A stretch of 64,000 nucleotides of DNA from the NCBI GenBank assembly GCA_001949185.1, contig BDGG01000007.1:1818730-1882729 (forward strand), in the 5' to 3' direction. Origin of the DNA: Ramazzottius varieornatus. Taxonomy: Eukaryota > Animalia > Tardigrada. The translations under genes and the position numbers were made by a program. Below the pieces are notes generated by a model. That model was not told where the DNA came from, searched no databases, and worked only from the letters and a program-made list of their open reading frames with translations. Positions 1-14,107 of this stretch are shown piece by piece; the stretch's first letter is position 1, and each line of letters begins with the position of its first letter.

Positions 1-1596
1 TAGAGTGCATAGACACGTGCTTTGCCTGCATGCTTCGATGGTTGGGCATAACGTGGATCCTTCCGCATTTTGATTAGCTGCCTGTTTGGCCGTCAAGAAA
101 TTCCAGTCCGACATGAAGATCAGTTTGTATAGGTTTACTCCAATTTGACCGATTTTACGGACGGCATGCTCATCACCCAAAACTCTGAGACTGTGCGAGT
201 CGCTATCTAGTATACAGTACTTCACCCTCACCATATTCGTCGTTTTGGTCATAAAGCCTCCCTTGCTAGCTTTTGTCTGCGACAGCTATCTCCGAATTCC
301 CTTCATGCAACTGCATGCTACAGCTGTACATCAATCACCATCCTCGTTGCAGACCTGTTGGCCTGCCTCAACATGGTCATCATAGCCACTAAGGTATTAT
401 GGGTCGGTCTCCGGCAACAAAAGGTAGCACGTTAAGCATCGCATCCCACCTAATAACCAGGCCGAGCGAAGCGATTCCTATATATGTCTGTCCAGATTTC
501 AATGAACGATAAGATTGTTCGAGCTTTCAGATATTGCAACCTCTGTACTGAAAACAAATGCGCAACTTGAGCCGAGTAACAAAAAATTTTACTCGCCAAC
601 CTTGTGCTTCTTTGCTTCTACTCGGCCTTCCCAGTGGTCAGAACCACTAGCTAGTTTGTAGTAATCGGCTATGGTAGGTTTGAACAGGAAGTACAACACG
701 GGACCCAGATGACGACCGAAGCATCAACGGGGCTCCGGATCAAGAGAGGCTTCGATTTGCGCGAGACGAAAAACCACGTGCACCCAGCAAGCAAAGTGAC
801 AACGGGTGAACTTCCTAGCTCATTCTGACGTGGCTCCTTCTCTGCATATTAGTCTCTTAGGTTCCGACGTACAGTATGTTTTCCAGCTGATGGACTTGTT
901 CCTGCGCAAGGTTAGAAAGACACCTAAAACAGCCTGGATCTTCGTTCGGACGATCGCGAGCCATTACGTTGAGCCTTGGCTCCTGTCATGGTCCATCCCA
1001 TATCGCTTTGTACTAATGAGCTGGCTCAGTACAGAGCTCTTTTCCCTGAACAATGAACATCCCCAGCCGGAAGACGTTTGAATTAATTTGACAAGTGTAT
1101 GTTGGCTCTAGCAATTTCCCATGTTGCTGTGACTCGCATCTTCGACTATAACGCAAATGTTGCTTCCCCTGGTTAACTATAAGGTTGTTTTCGGAGAAGG
1201 TGTGCGGACTTGTGCTCCTGGTGGATACGCGATATTGTAAACATTATGAGAAAAGTGAGCATTGGTAAAGTATCGACTTACAAGTGTAGGATGTTTTGGG
1301 CGTGGTCTTCGAAGGATTGTTTGCGGATGCTTAGGTACGAGTACAGTCTTCCCGCTTGGGACCCACTTGAGATCTACCGTAGAGATGATCGCGTAGGGAA
1401 GAGCTGCGGGGTGAAGTGTGTACCCACCGGTCGATATTATCGGTGCATCGACGCAACAAAGCTAATAAAGCACTTCCGCACTACAGCAAAAGTTAATTAT
1501 ACAAACATTAAAGGCTTCATTGTCCGCCCACTCGTATTTTCTACCCCGAGTTCTTGAGCTGAAGTGCCACGTGCATTCCCGACATTTTCAGCTAGC

Positions 1597-1962
1597 ATGC
1601 ACACACCAGCTATTGATATCAAGGGAGATTCCGAGATGGTTGATCCCGTCACGGTTGTTATTTTGACGCGGCACCCAGGAGATGTCCATGGGCTAAAGAC
1701 GTTACTGCGGATTGAGGCGTCAGGTGATGTCTCCGGGCTGGAAGCCCTGGCGGAAGGAATAACCAGTCGGTATATCCGCAATATGGGCGACGCGGAAGTG
1801 TTGCGCATCTTGATGACGGCTGGATTCGAAATCGCCGGACAGTGCGTTTCCTACAACAACTACGTCGGACAGATGCTGGTCTACGAGATGGGACAAGTCA
1901 TGACCTGGACTCTCTTTCGCAAAAACTCCAACAATATCCGCAAATCTATTTCGATGGTTTAA
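1597..1962 (+). CDS. Small protein with GFRP / KCTD C-terminal (H1)-like signature
   Basis: Open ORF. C-terminal pattern 'EVLRILMTAGFEIAGQC...GQVMTWTLFRK' parallels GFRP 'IVLDKLERRGFRVLSMTGVGQTLVWCLHKE'. An acceptor-like ttttcag at ~1591 suggests an upstream exon, so the start is uncertain. Confidence 0.45.
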   Translation: MHTPAIDIKGDSEMVDPVTVVILTRHPGDVHGLKTLLRIEASGDVSGLEALAEGITSRYIRNMGDAEVLRILMTAGFEIAGQCVSYNNYVGQMLVYEMGQVMTWTLFRKNSNNIRKSISMV

Positions 1963-2528
1963 GTGCCATCGACGGCGAGCAAAACTTCGATACATTGTAC
2001 TCTGCAAATGGAGACGATCGATTTGCTTAGCTTACAGCCATGTCGTTCTTGATTACATAACAAGTATCTGCGTTGATTTGAGATTTATTTCGTTCAGTTA
2101 ATTTGTAAATTGTGGAATACCAGTGGTAACAATACGTCTAGTACATCTTGTACCTCATCTTGCATATACTTTTCGCCGAAAACGCATACCGTACATGTAC
2201 GAACCAAGCGTTGTATCAAACACTAAAAGCTTTGTGAGGAGGAATGCGATTACGAGTTTTCTTGAGAAGGCGAAGGTACTCTTCACTTATCGGAGATAAG
2301 TACCATGTCCAAGACGTGCATTAGACAATTCCGTATTGTCGCCAAACATTCGTAGTCCGGGAGCACAGTAATACGATCGACTCGACACGGGAGCGCTGAT
2401 TGCTGGGAAACAGACACTCTTTGATCTTTCATGCGATATCTCCATGTATACCGCGCTCCTGTGCAATAGACCCGAAATGTCAGGGCCAAAGCACCAGCAA
2501 GAAATTCTGTATTGTATTTAGGTCATAA

Positions 2529-5500
2529 ATGGTTAATCCAACTAGCCCTTCTGACCTGTTGACCGCTCCTCTCAGTTACACCCACATTGAGCCTGTCCCC
2601 CACACCTCCGCACATTCGACTCGAAAAACTCCCCAGCCAAAGGAGACTTACGAGCACTTGCATGTTCCACCAGGCACGCCTGTCTCCCGACTAGTTCTCA
2701 AGGAGGTCCAGGAACTCGATCGCACCCCATCCCCTGCAGCCCAAGTTTTACTACAGCAGTTTCCTGTTCAGCACATCGAAGATGAGGTAAAACAGGATGT
2801 CAGGATACCAGTGTACCCCGACAGATTTCACCGGAATGAGCGACCTGCCGTGGTTGAGCAACCCTGTCCTTGCCCCTCGGCGCAAGGTACGTCGGGCCCG
2901 TTTGCTGTTCGGACAAAGATGAAGGCCAGGTTTGCCTTTAAAGCCCAGAAGCCGGTCATCACCAAAAGTGGAAGCTTTGTTCCGTCCAACGTGCTAGGGG
3001 ATGTGGACTCATACGCTGCAGCCAAACGTGGTAAAGGAGATGGAAAGACGCAGCAGCAGACGGACGACCTGGTGGATGTGTACGCTCAAGATATGCGCAA
3101 GGTCGCATCACTGATGAGCTTGAGGATTGAGGGGAAGAAGTACGGGCCACCGATTGAGGAACCAGGCAAGTAAGCTAGCGCCTCATCCGAAAATCACCTC
3201 GTTCAGTGATCCAGGTTTTCTCACTGTAACGGTGTGATTGATTTCGAAGCTTGAAGGGGAAAGTTATTACAGGGGATCAGTCGACCCGCTGTTTGGAAAA
3301 CTTTCAGCGCAAGATGGAGGAACGCAAGTCCATCACCAAGCGTCTGGCTACCAAGCTCGATCGAAGGGTGTCGGAGTTGGCGATGAACTCGAACGAGCCA
3401 GTCAGGCACGACCGTGAGATGAAGGAGCTTGTCCGCTTGAACCAAGGTCCCCGACCATTGTACCAGATTTATGAAGCAAAGAAGACCGACAACAAGGATG
3501 TCGACGAGCTGAACACATTCTATTCTAACAAACTGTATGACCTTTTGTCGTTTACTGGTAAAGCGGACTTGCTGAAAACTGAGACCGCAGTCAGAAGCAC
3601 GGACCACTGTTCCTACAAGCCAACCCGCGATATGACCATGAAGGAGTTCCTGGCAAGGTATACAGGACCTTATCCTCTTCATTCAAAGTGTAAGCCACCA
3701 AAATATGATGAGGTTTGTTTCGTACCATAAAGCATCGAAATGTACAGTATTACCAGAGCCAATAGGATAACACTGTTAGGATGATGATGTATTAATATTA
3801 CTGTACATACCGGTGGAAGATGTTTCGCCCAGCTGCTGATGCTATTTGATATCAGAGTCATAAACTGGACGAAGAACCCCAGTAGTGATGGCTCTGTCGT
3901 TACAGATCTCGAGAAAGTTTCCTGATAGAATGCGAGATCCGGACTTTGACGATTTAGTTGTAACCGGCACAAACGACCCGGAACACAATGTCGAACTGTC
4001 GCATCGGAGAAGTACGGAAGACACAGACGGTATAGCAGACACCCTGCAAGATCGAGATTTGCATGACGGGTACTACAAGAACCCTCTCAGCGACGTATTC
4101 CAGCCAGACGACGGACAGATGTCATATGGTTGGTATGAAGAGCCGGCTGAGCCCAGTACGTTTCCTCGCTTGCTAGTTGAAGCAGGAAACCCGGACGATG
4201 TCTCTATCACTCGCAAGCCAGAGGAGCTGTGCATTCTAGTCAAGCTGTTCTCTGAACCGAACAGAATACCAGCAGTAACGTTACTGCTTCTGAGGAACAC
4301 GGGCAAGGAGCCCTTTGAATTCGGCCTTCTCCCAGTCGAGTACCCTGCGGACACTTTATGGTCGGATGAGAAATCAGGCCTGATCTATTTCATCGAAGGC
4401 AGCGGTGTCCTGGAAGGCGGCGATCGGCACCAACTGACAGTTGTCTTCGAGTGCCACCATCAAGGAACGTTCGCCGAAACCTACCGGTTATGGGTTCAGC
4501 CGAAACATACGAAGTGCCCGAAAAGCATTATCCTCATAGTTCAAGGTACGCAGACTCTGGTTGCGAAACATCGACCATATAACCGTTAACCAATGGTCTG
4601 AATCGAAGCTGACTACATGTTAAGCAGCACTTGTTACTTACCAGATGTCTTTGCTTTTCGTTGCAGGCCGAAGTTGTCCAGAGAAAATTCTAACGTTTCC
4701 TTTGGAAACATTCCAACCGATGGATATCGACAACGACAAATTCCACCGAGACGAAGACGAAAAGTTGGATGACCATATTACGGAAAGTCTTTGGAAGCTT
4801 GCTGAGCGGAAAGGACATTGTAGCCAGGCCTCTATTGAAGATCAATTTCGTGAAGCGAACCACGTCGAGTTGCAGTCGGCACCTGCGACGCGGCTCCAGT
4901 ACCTTTGGTTGTTCTCCCATCTAGACTACCGGGACATCCCTTGGTACGACAACATTATTGAAAGGGAAAAACAGGCTCAAAGCCAACTGCCCGGAGAAAT
5001 CAACAAACGCTTGCTGAAGGACCTCTCCGAAGCTCAGAGAAAGCTGACACACGCGCAAACAGTGCGGCCTGATTGGGTCGACCAAGAAGTACCGAAGGAG
5101 GACAAGGGTGTCTTTTGGCGGCAGGCCGGTAGTGTGTACAAATGTCCTGTCCACGACCAGGATTTGCCTCTGCCAGGAAATGTACAACACTTCACTCATA
5201 CGACGTCACAAATACACGTAATGCAGACTAACCCGAATCTTCAGATATTTTCCCACACTGATAACAACTCCGCCCAAGCGACTACCGCCGCAAACGCCAA
5301 CGTTACTTTAAACAAGGGAAAAAGTGAGCGTACCACCGGTACACCAAAGAAACAAAGCAGCAAGAGTCAGTCAGACAACTTTGCCAAGAAAGCGCAAAAT
5401 AGCGGAAGGTCTTCGAAGGAGAAAAGCTTGATCAAGGCTGAGGTTTTCGACACGGATTGGGTACCAATGATTGTTCAAACTGATGATGTGGCGACAGATT

Positions 5501-7719
5501 TGGAGAAACGTCTTGGATCAATGCCGAAGACTGATGGTAAGGGCCAGACTGTGACGAAGAAGAAACCATACGAGCTGAATCCGGACGTGGGACAACCCGA
5601 AAAGTCGATTCCCGGTCTGATCGACCAAGACAAAATCGCAAACAAGGCAGTTATGGATGCACGATGGCTCCGACACTGTTTGGATCAAGACTGGGTACGT
5701 AATGCTGTGTCCTATGTGTTGCTCGAAAAAGCCGACAAGGTAAAGAAGCAAGGAGAAACTGTTCCGAACCCCACGGAGGATCAGATCAATGACAACGATT
5801 TTCTGAGGGATTTTCCTCAATGGGACTGGTCCATTAATGCTTTGCGTTGCGCCATCCAGCAGAGTACGCATAACATTTACATTAAGCTCGGCCTGACTCG
5901 CGAGATCGCCAAAGTGGAAGCTTCCCTCAACAGTACAATCAAGCCGAAGGTTCCGCTGAATTTCACTGCTGATGAGAAGACAGAGGAACTGTTAACGAGT
6001 ACAGTCGAATACGTACTCAAACGCGGGGAGAACTACGCCCGAGGTCTGGCGCGCTATTTGGAAAAGTGTTACGCTGACACTAAGCCAACCGAGCCGCCTC
6101 CCTCTGAGGAGCTAGTAAAAGCTAGGGAGAAGGTCAGAGCGATGGAGGATACGCTCAATTCGCCCTCGGCCAGATCGGCGGCTGCGAGAGCCGCAAGGAA
6201 AGCCCACAAGAATTCAGAAAGTGATAGTGAAGGTGGGAGTAGCGGGAAAGGAGGTAGTCGACCGGTAACCAGAGAAAGTGGGGATAAGAGCATGCTCAGG
6301 ACATCCAAGTCAAATGTACCCATGAGCGCTGCCAGCACAAAAGCTAGTACGGTGGCAAGTAGCAACAATGTCAAGGATGGTGGTGGAAAAGACGCCAGCA
6401 AGAAAGGTGAGGTTTCGGATGAGACGATTGCGATTGCAGTGTAACTATACTTTCGTGTTCGTAGGTGGGAATGCTCACGGACCGAACGGTGAGATGGAAA
6501 AAAAATCTGCTGAGAAGGAAGCACGGATCAACTTGGCCATCTTGGAAGCCGACTACGAACGGCAGATGGAGACCTACCAGGACGAAGTCAACGCGCACGA
6601 CAGGTGGCGCGACGACCAGCTTCTTGAAATGAACAAGCAGATCAGTGCATTCGTCAATGGTTTATGGAACAAGGAAGTGGAACTATTGTTTGAAAGAATC
6701 CAGAAACCCGTCGATCAACTGAAACTGGAGGAAGAAATAAAGGAGGAAGAGTGGCGCAGGGACCAACTGGAGCGACGAAGGGCCAATACATTGACGACAC
6801 TGTATGCCCGGCTGAGCGCAGAGAACAGCGAAGTACCCTTGGCAGTGGCCGGGTGGAGATCGTGTTTGACTGATATGCTGGTCAGGGAAGACGAAGGAGC
6901 GGAGGAGACATGGAAAGAAGAATGGAATTTGAGAAAGAAAGAGGTCAAGATCTTTATCAAAGAACGCCCGGATGAACGGTGCAAGCTGGCTGTCAGGAAT
7001 ATCTGGAGAGCGCCCTTTGAATATCAGATGGAAGCCCAACGGGAAGAGCTGCTTCCCTTACGAGGGAAGAAAAATATCCAAGTAGGTCTAATCAAAAATA
7101 GGAATATTTTCCTATTAGGAAACGGCCTTGTTTTCTGAAGGTTTCCGAGGATAAGGCGGAATCCTCGGCTCAGGCGCCGAGCACCCTCTCGGGCAAGCGT
7201 GATGATCTGAACGCCCCCAAATCGGCTAGTACCAACCGTAAGATCTCCGTTCGGTCTGCTGCCAAACACCGCACCCAGACACCCACCGGCGCTGACGCAT
7301 CAGCGAGCAAAATAAACCTTGAAGCTCAACCGAAGATGGTCAAGATACCGCCCACCAAGGAAGAGCTAGCCGCTATGAAGGTTGTAACGGGGCTCCGTAC
7401 TGCGCTGGGCGATGCCTGGTTAGAGCACCGTAAAGCTGAAGAAAGTGAGCACGACAGTGGCGACGAGTGGGAGACCGAACACGAGGAGGTGCTCGACCCG
7501 TGGATGTATAAGCCGGTCAACGAAGAGACGCGCCAAAAGCTCCCCAAAGACTTCAAGTTTGTCTCCTACAAAGAGCCGGTCCAACCGGAGGGGGTGCCCA
7601 AGACGAAGAGCAAGAAACCTAGAGGCGAAGGCATATGGGAAGAAGAACCCTCTAGTAGCAGCGATGACGATGAGGAAATTAATTGGAATGTTGTACCGAA
7701 CAGGGGAACAAAGCTATGA
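2529..7719 (+). CDS. MYCBPAP: MYCBP-associated protein-like (ciliary/flagellar) with long C-terminal extension; multi-exon (approx. 2529-3165, 3273-3712, 3907-4545, 4667-6406, 6465-7081, 7141-7719)
   Basis: Motifs 'SNVLGDVDSY', 'LENFQRKMEERK...ELAMNSNEPVR' and the Ig/ASH-like 'LRNTGKEPFEF...YFIEGSGVLEGGDRHQLTVVFECHHQGTFAETYRL' resemble the MYCBPAP family. Consecutive ORFs join in frame at plausible splice sites. Confidence 0.65.
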
Positions 7720-8507
7720 TAGTTTGGACTACATCTTGTTATGTTGTATTGATCAAGGAAACACCAAGGAATTGGTTTTCCGCTGTATCGCAAAAAAACG
7801 CATTGAAACGCCTCTTTGTTGATCATCAGTCCGTGGAATGTTTTATTTGCAAAGAAGACTTGCCCCACGTCAAGTCGACATTTGAGTATAATGTGGCACG
7901 CCATCGTTACCGTATATCTCTGGAATAACAGCTTGGGTCAGCACTGCAGCACGCGTGGGTCTTCAAGTGGCTTCCTGATACGTGCATAAGTGTACTTTCT
8001 GGTGTTGAAAAGAAACAGCGAGGTGTGTGTATAGTTAGAACCACCGCTATGCGTCATTCACATTCTTCCGATCTGCTTTCTATCTCCAGCGAAAAGTTAG
8101 CAAGTAAGCAATAATGTCTGCCCTAACTGGCATGTTGACACAGCCATCTTTTGGCATGGCAGTCACAGTTGTTTGTCACTACAAAGCTCTCAGAGATGAA
8201 CGGCTGGATGCTTCGACACGACGGCATTGACGTCGAGCGGAGGCTGACTTCTTCAACGGAGCCGCGCATACCCGATTAACTTTGCCACTTCGCCATGAGT
8301 GTCTCACTGTATTTACTTCCTTCGTCCTACGCTCTAAAATTCCGAGCAATGCATAACCTCACGGGTAAGATTTGTCATGCTGCCGCAAACCGAACCTACA
8401 TGGAATCCTGCGCCACTTTGATGAAGTGATGGATGATGTGTGAATTCAAATCTATCCTGTTAAGTTGGTTTTCGTGAAAGTGAGTGCAATAGGAACACTC
8501 GTCTAGC

Positions 8508-10149
8508 ATGAACGGAACAATCAGGGATGCTTGTGGCTGGCCGGTGCCTCCTCGCGGTGCGGCAAGTGAACTTGATAAGGACGTTGAAGCGGCAGTGGCG
8601 GCCATGCAGTACCTGGATCTCATCTCATACCCCCTCTTTCTTTTGTTGGCTATTGTGGGCAATACGCTTAACCTGACAATTTTGTGCGCTGATCAGCGTT
8701 CGCAGAACCATGCGTCCAAGAACACCTACCTAGTAGCCATTGCGCTCTGCGACTTGTTTTACATGTACGTCTCTTCTTTCTTTTGTTTCATGCAGTTTCT
8801 TTCCGCAACTTTGTTTGTCTATGGATCAAGTTTCCTCCTTCAGGTTATGGTCAGTCTTTAGCTACATTTTCAATTACGATGACCAGCTGAATGGGGGACC
8901 TTCTGCTGCTGTCCAACTCACCAACGACCGCATTGCAGGAGTTGTCATGTTCTTTCAGGAAGCTTTGGCTGTCTCTTCCGCATGGTAAGCCAATTGTGAT
9001 GAGCTAAGGGACAGACCGCTGAGGCTTTCTCGTTCAATGAACCACATCAACTTAATTCCCCAATGCAGCCCACGTCGACACATTTTGTTGGCGTCGGTTG
9101 TCATGAGGCAAAAATTGGCTTAAATGTCGCCATTTTCAAAAAGGCACTCCAGACACATTATGAAGCAGCAGTTAGGAACATAAATTTTGTGCATACCGTT
9201 ATGAGAATGGAATATTGAAGGTTGACGGTGGAAACTTTTAAGACTTTTTAAAGACTATGCTGTTTTATCGATGGTTGTTAAACTTGGTAATGAGTATTGG
9301 GGTGGTTGCTTTGATAGGCTGATCGTGGCCTTTAGTGTGGAACGGTTCGTGGCCATCAGATGGCCCTTGAAGCACTTGAGTGTGGCCCAAAAGAAGCGCA
9401 GCACTTTGGTGACTTTCGGCATCCTCTTGCTGGCCGTCCTCTTCACGGTTGTTCGCTTGATCGACTATTACCGCCTCTTTGCACTGTACATCAACCTGGA
9501 GCCCAAGCCTGCTCGCAAGCCGCCACGACCTTCCTGGCTGCTGGCCTGGTTCATCACCTACCTGTACGGCCAAGCCATCAATCAAGTGCTGACCTTCTTG
9601 ACTATCCTTATCCTCAACATCTGCCTCCTCAAAACGATCCTCCGTCAACGCCGCAAGAGACGAGATACGCTACAAGCCAACGTTTCCACTCACAGTCAGC
9701 CTGGTAATGGTCGGCATAACGGAAACACGCCAGGAATCATCGCTACTCCTTCCCCCCCAAACAAAGCCTGGAGCACTTTGCCGCTGTTAGCATCCTGTGT
9801 CATATTGTATCTGGTCACGCAAACGCCGACCCTGGTAGACCATGTCATCTTCCTGCTGGAGAAATCTTGCACACACCAAAGCGATCAACATGTGAAGATG
9901 TTGCTGAACCCTGTGCAGAACATCCTCTTGAACATTAATCACTCTGTCAACTTTCTGCTCTACTGCGGCGTCGACGAGCGCTTTCGGCGCAGGTTATGGA
10001 AGATTGCCAATGTTTGTCTACTGCCTGTAACACACAGTCGACGGCAGGAAGAAGCGCCGCAACATGGACCGGCTCTGGTTACCACCGTCTCCAGCCATAC
10101 CAAGAGCTCCTCAGTCTTTGGCTCTATTAAAAGTCTCCATCTTCATTAA
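8508..10149 (+). CDS. Class A (rhodopsin-like) peptide GPCR, FMRFamide/sex-peptide-receptor-like; 3 exons (approx. 8508-8765, 8844-8983, 9318-10149)
   Basis: TM1 'IVGNTLNLTIL', TM2 'YLVAIALCDL', TM3 'AFSVERFVAIRWPL', TM6 'YLVTQTP', TM7 'NHSVNFLLY'. Confidence 0.85.
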
Positions 10150-11649
10150 ACGGTCAATTTTCTTCTTCTGAAAGATAATGCGCAGAAAAATGTCCTGCTA
10201 AATATGCGCGTCCTACTCCCTTTTCTAAGTTTCTTACTCAGTACGTACTATAATGGGCAATCAATTAGTTTTGTCGCGGAACGACGACTGCCATGTCAAT
10301 TCTAATTTAAACCTCAAACGAATCAAGCGTATCAAAACGTAAATTATTGTATGTTTTTTTTACATTGGTTAAAAAAATCCATACTGCTACAAAAACTTGC
10401 CAAAGAGTGAAAAGCCGTTGAAGACCACCAACTCGCACTTTATCCCGCCGACTATTTCCCCCCAAGAGCAATGATCATGTTGTCGATCCTGCTACCCCTA
10501 TATATACAGGAAGAAAGCAGAGCATAATCATCGGCCTTGTAGAACGGGTTAGTTCATTGCGCTCACCTGGGCACCAGGAAAGTAAAGTCAACTTCGTAAA
10601 GGGAATTTCGATCAGGGGTGATGCCATGATTACTGGACTGTGCCGCTGGCTCTTCCGGTGCTCCTTCTTGCTCGTCAGTCGAGCCACTGTGCCGCACGGT
10701 GATGGCGAAGGCGGCTTTCTTCGGCAGTGGCGCCATCTGGTCCGGGCTGCCACTTCGGCGTGGTATTTTCCCCGGTCTTCATTCATGGGCATTCAAGGGA
10801 CCTTCAAGACGGTAGCGGAAGTTTTGCTGATCAGGCGGTTGTGCTCCTTGCGACTGCAATGTCAGCCGCCCGGATTTCTCTTCCCAAGATTGCATTCGAG
10901 GTTGTCGTGATGTGTCTTCTTTACTGCAGAGTGGCGAGGAAGGATTTGATTGAAGCCGTTTTCGATAAGTCCGTGACGGATTTGGTGATGGCGATCTCGT
11001 TGCGGGAGAATTATCCAGTGGTAGGTTCAGTCTCAGGCCAAGAGCTTCTTTTTCAGTTGATTTCCTATGTGGAAATAATACATGTATATAGTCGAGATGG
11101 CCTCGGTTTGGCGAACCGACTCTCGGCCTGTACATTAAAGACACAAAATTTTTATAAAAAAATAAAGCACTATGCTGCGCTTTCGGCGATGGATCAGCGG
11201 GTCTCCCGACGGGCTGACCGCTTACTTGTGTCTGTCCTTTTGCGCCATTTCTAGAGTCTTGGCCAAAAGACATCGCGCCAGATGGACGTATTCATCCTGA
11301 AAATAACGGCGAATATCCGTGTTAGAAACATACAGTACTTTAAGCTACAGACGATTGTAGCCGCCATCTGTTCAACCTACTGTGACTTTGATCCCTATCC
11401 GAATCCATCTGTGCTTTGTACCTGGCAGGAAGCTTTGCTCGAGACCGTGACGAAATGTCATTGCAGCATCCGACCTGATTTCATTCCGAAATCGGAACAG
11501 TTAAAACATTACCCACTTTCGAGCGAGAACGCATTGTTCACGTAGTATTCAGGTGACTTATTCCTTGTTGGAAGGCTGTCATCCTCCTTAATCCGTTGAC
11601 TCCAAGGTTTACCTTGTCTTCATGATGGCCGCACTTCTGTGAGACTTCT

Positions 11650-13958
11650 GTGACTCCCGAAGGCCCACCTCCCGCTTCTGCTCACTTGACATCCACGGTT
11701 AAACGTCCGAAACGGCGATATATGAAATCTCATCCGGACATGGAGCTTGCTTTGGCTGCTGTTAACGATGGAATGTCCATCAGGATGGCGGCCGCGATTT
11801 ACCATATACCTCACAAGACCCTGGGCAAAAAATTCAACGGAAAGCATCAAAAGAAGGTCGGCCGTCCCAACACCTTCACACTTGAAGAAAAGGCGGAGAT
11901 TAGCGAAATCCTCGTCTGCTGCTCCAAGATCGGTGTTCCTCTCGGTAAACGTTCTTTGATCAAGATCGTCAAAGCCATCGCCATTGCGAAAGGTGAGTCT
12001 GATGTTACTTAAATGTTGATCGTACGAAAGATAAACTTCGGGTAGCATCAGCCATATGCTAAAAAGGAATTGTCTGACAGCCAACTTCCGGTTGGTAATG
12101 CACCAAGGATAACCTTGTTAGCGGTGTTACGTTCTTCTAGGCATGGACTGGGCTAAGTTCACCAATCAATGGCACCAGAAGTTTCTTCGGACAAACCGTG
12201 AAGCTTCTTTGCGGATACTGAGCGCGCTGAGCTTCAAAAAGTCTCGGGAATGGACAGCGGCCCGCTGCGAAGAATGGATCTCGCTTATTCAGAATTTAAG
12301 CGACGAAGGATTTCTTGACAATCCAAGCGGGATCTGGAACCTAGATGAGTCGGAATTTCGATTGGCAGAACTGAACGACAGGGTATACGCGGAGAGAGGC
12401 GTGAAGGAAGCAGTGGGTTACGTAAACGGCTCGGAGAGCGACCGAGAGAACATTTCACTCTTGGCTATAGGGAACGCAGCTGGAAAGATGCTATGTCCGT
12501 TGATTCTGTACAAAGGGAAGATGCATATTGAGTCGCACTTCCGAGACACCCACGATGCGTGCTACATTGGCACTAATTCTTCGGGAGTGATGGATACTGA
12601 TGTTCTGACCGAATTCCTGGAGAAAGAATTTCTTTTGTCCATCACGTGTCCCAAGGTAAGCCTTGTACGCGCACCCGTTTTGGCGATGATACTTTTACTC
12701 TATGAACCTTCCACCTGTATCTTCGCGATTCCAGGCTTGACACCACCATCGATGTGAGTGATACCTGTGTTTATGAGTCGCCGATCTTGTAAACATTGGT
12801 GAGTTTGACAAGACTTTTCGTCTGGATTTCTAGGTTTCTCGCACAGACTTCCCTGCTCACATCGTCAAACTCGGGAGACCATACTGTCCACCGTACTCGT
12901 TCAACTTGGGTAAGAACTTACTGGCCAAGGTTATCTGGCTATCTGCGATGAAGCGTCAGCAGACAGGAAATCCAGCAGTAAAACTAGGGGGAAAAATCCG
13001 CCAGATCGTCAACTGACGTTGTCGCTGTTACTGGTCAGGAGCGACTGGACGTATTGATAAGGTTCGCAACCTTGCCCTTTTTCTACGAAGTTTCATGGAT
13101 TATCAGTCAAGGTTGTGCCGAGCACGGACCTGACAAGGAACGCCGTAGAAAAAGGGCCCAAACTCCGGACCGTTTTAATATCTCGAGCCACCTCTGTTGT
13201 TGGCGGAAAGCGTATGCTTCTCGGATAAACAATCTTGTCGCGTTTGTCTGCACAGATTTCAAATATACTTGTTATGCGGATGTTATCCTACTGAATGCTT
13301 TTCTTTTAAGATGGACCGTTGAAAGAAGGATTTCGTAGAACTGGAATTTTCCCGTTCTACGACAACCAGCTGCCTCTTGGAAATCAAAAGAATCATGACA
13401 GGGGAATCGGTAGGCTCCGCGGTAGCTTTGGAATTTCATAAGAATTTGCTGCGCAGTGCTCCTCAGATGAAACGGCGGGGGAAAGATTCCCGTCTCGATG
13501 TTTCCAATGGGAGAATCCTCACAGAGAGCACTTACATCAGTGCAAAGAAAGCCGCGATAGAAAAGAACAGAGAGAAAGCCAAAGCCTTGAGAAACCGGAA
13601 GCGAAACATCGAGGTGGTAGAGGAAAGCGCGACAGACAGCGAAGATGAAAGCCCCACTAACCAAGGATACCCTTGTAAGGCCACACCAAAGCGAGAGAGA
13701 AAGACGGCTAAGCAGGTGGCTGAGGAGATAGCAAGCGACGTCTCTGCACCACCGCCGAACATCAATTCTACGGCGGACGTTCCTGAAGGACACCTTCCGA
13801 AGGCCAGAGCAAAACGAGACAAGGCACGAGCTCCGACCGCTACAGTTCCCATAAAGAAACCTTCCGCGTTTGCTTCAAAACCAAAAGCCAAGACGACTCT
13901 CCTGCCAAAACTCAAACCTAAAGTTTCTACTATGAAATCGAGGTCCAAGAATAACTAG
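11650..13958 (+). mobile_element. Decayed pogo/Fot1-like (CENP-B/DDE_1) DNA transposon transposase
   Basis: Psq-type HTH 'ALAAVNDGMSIRMAAAIYHIPHKTL', 'GRPNTFTLEEK', DDE-1 motifs 'IWNLDESEF', 'NAAGKMLCPLILYKG', 'SSGVMD'. Frames break after ~12660 and a basic tail lies at 13377-13958. Termini not identified. Confidence 0.75.
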
Positions 13959-14107
13959 GCAACAACGGGATCCACACCGCTGTAGTGAAAATTTTGTTGT
14001 TTAGCTGTATAATCCGTTTACATGTACCATCCGAAAGACAAATCTGGAAGCTCGGATAAGTCTTTCTTTCTCTTTGTCCCGATGGGAACCCGGCAAACAA
14101 ACTTGGC

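Noticed and set aside
806-1557. Short ORFs 806-1081 and 1210-1557
   Set aside because: Non-ATG starts and no recognisable protein features; probably non-coding or UTR.
10475-11545. Overlapping ORFs upstream of the pogo-like transposase
   Set aside because: No recognisable domain or consistent splice structure; may be transposon-internal sequence.
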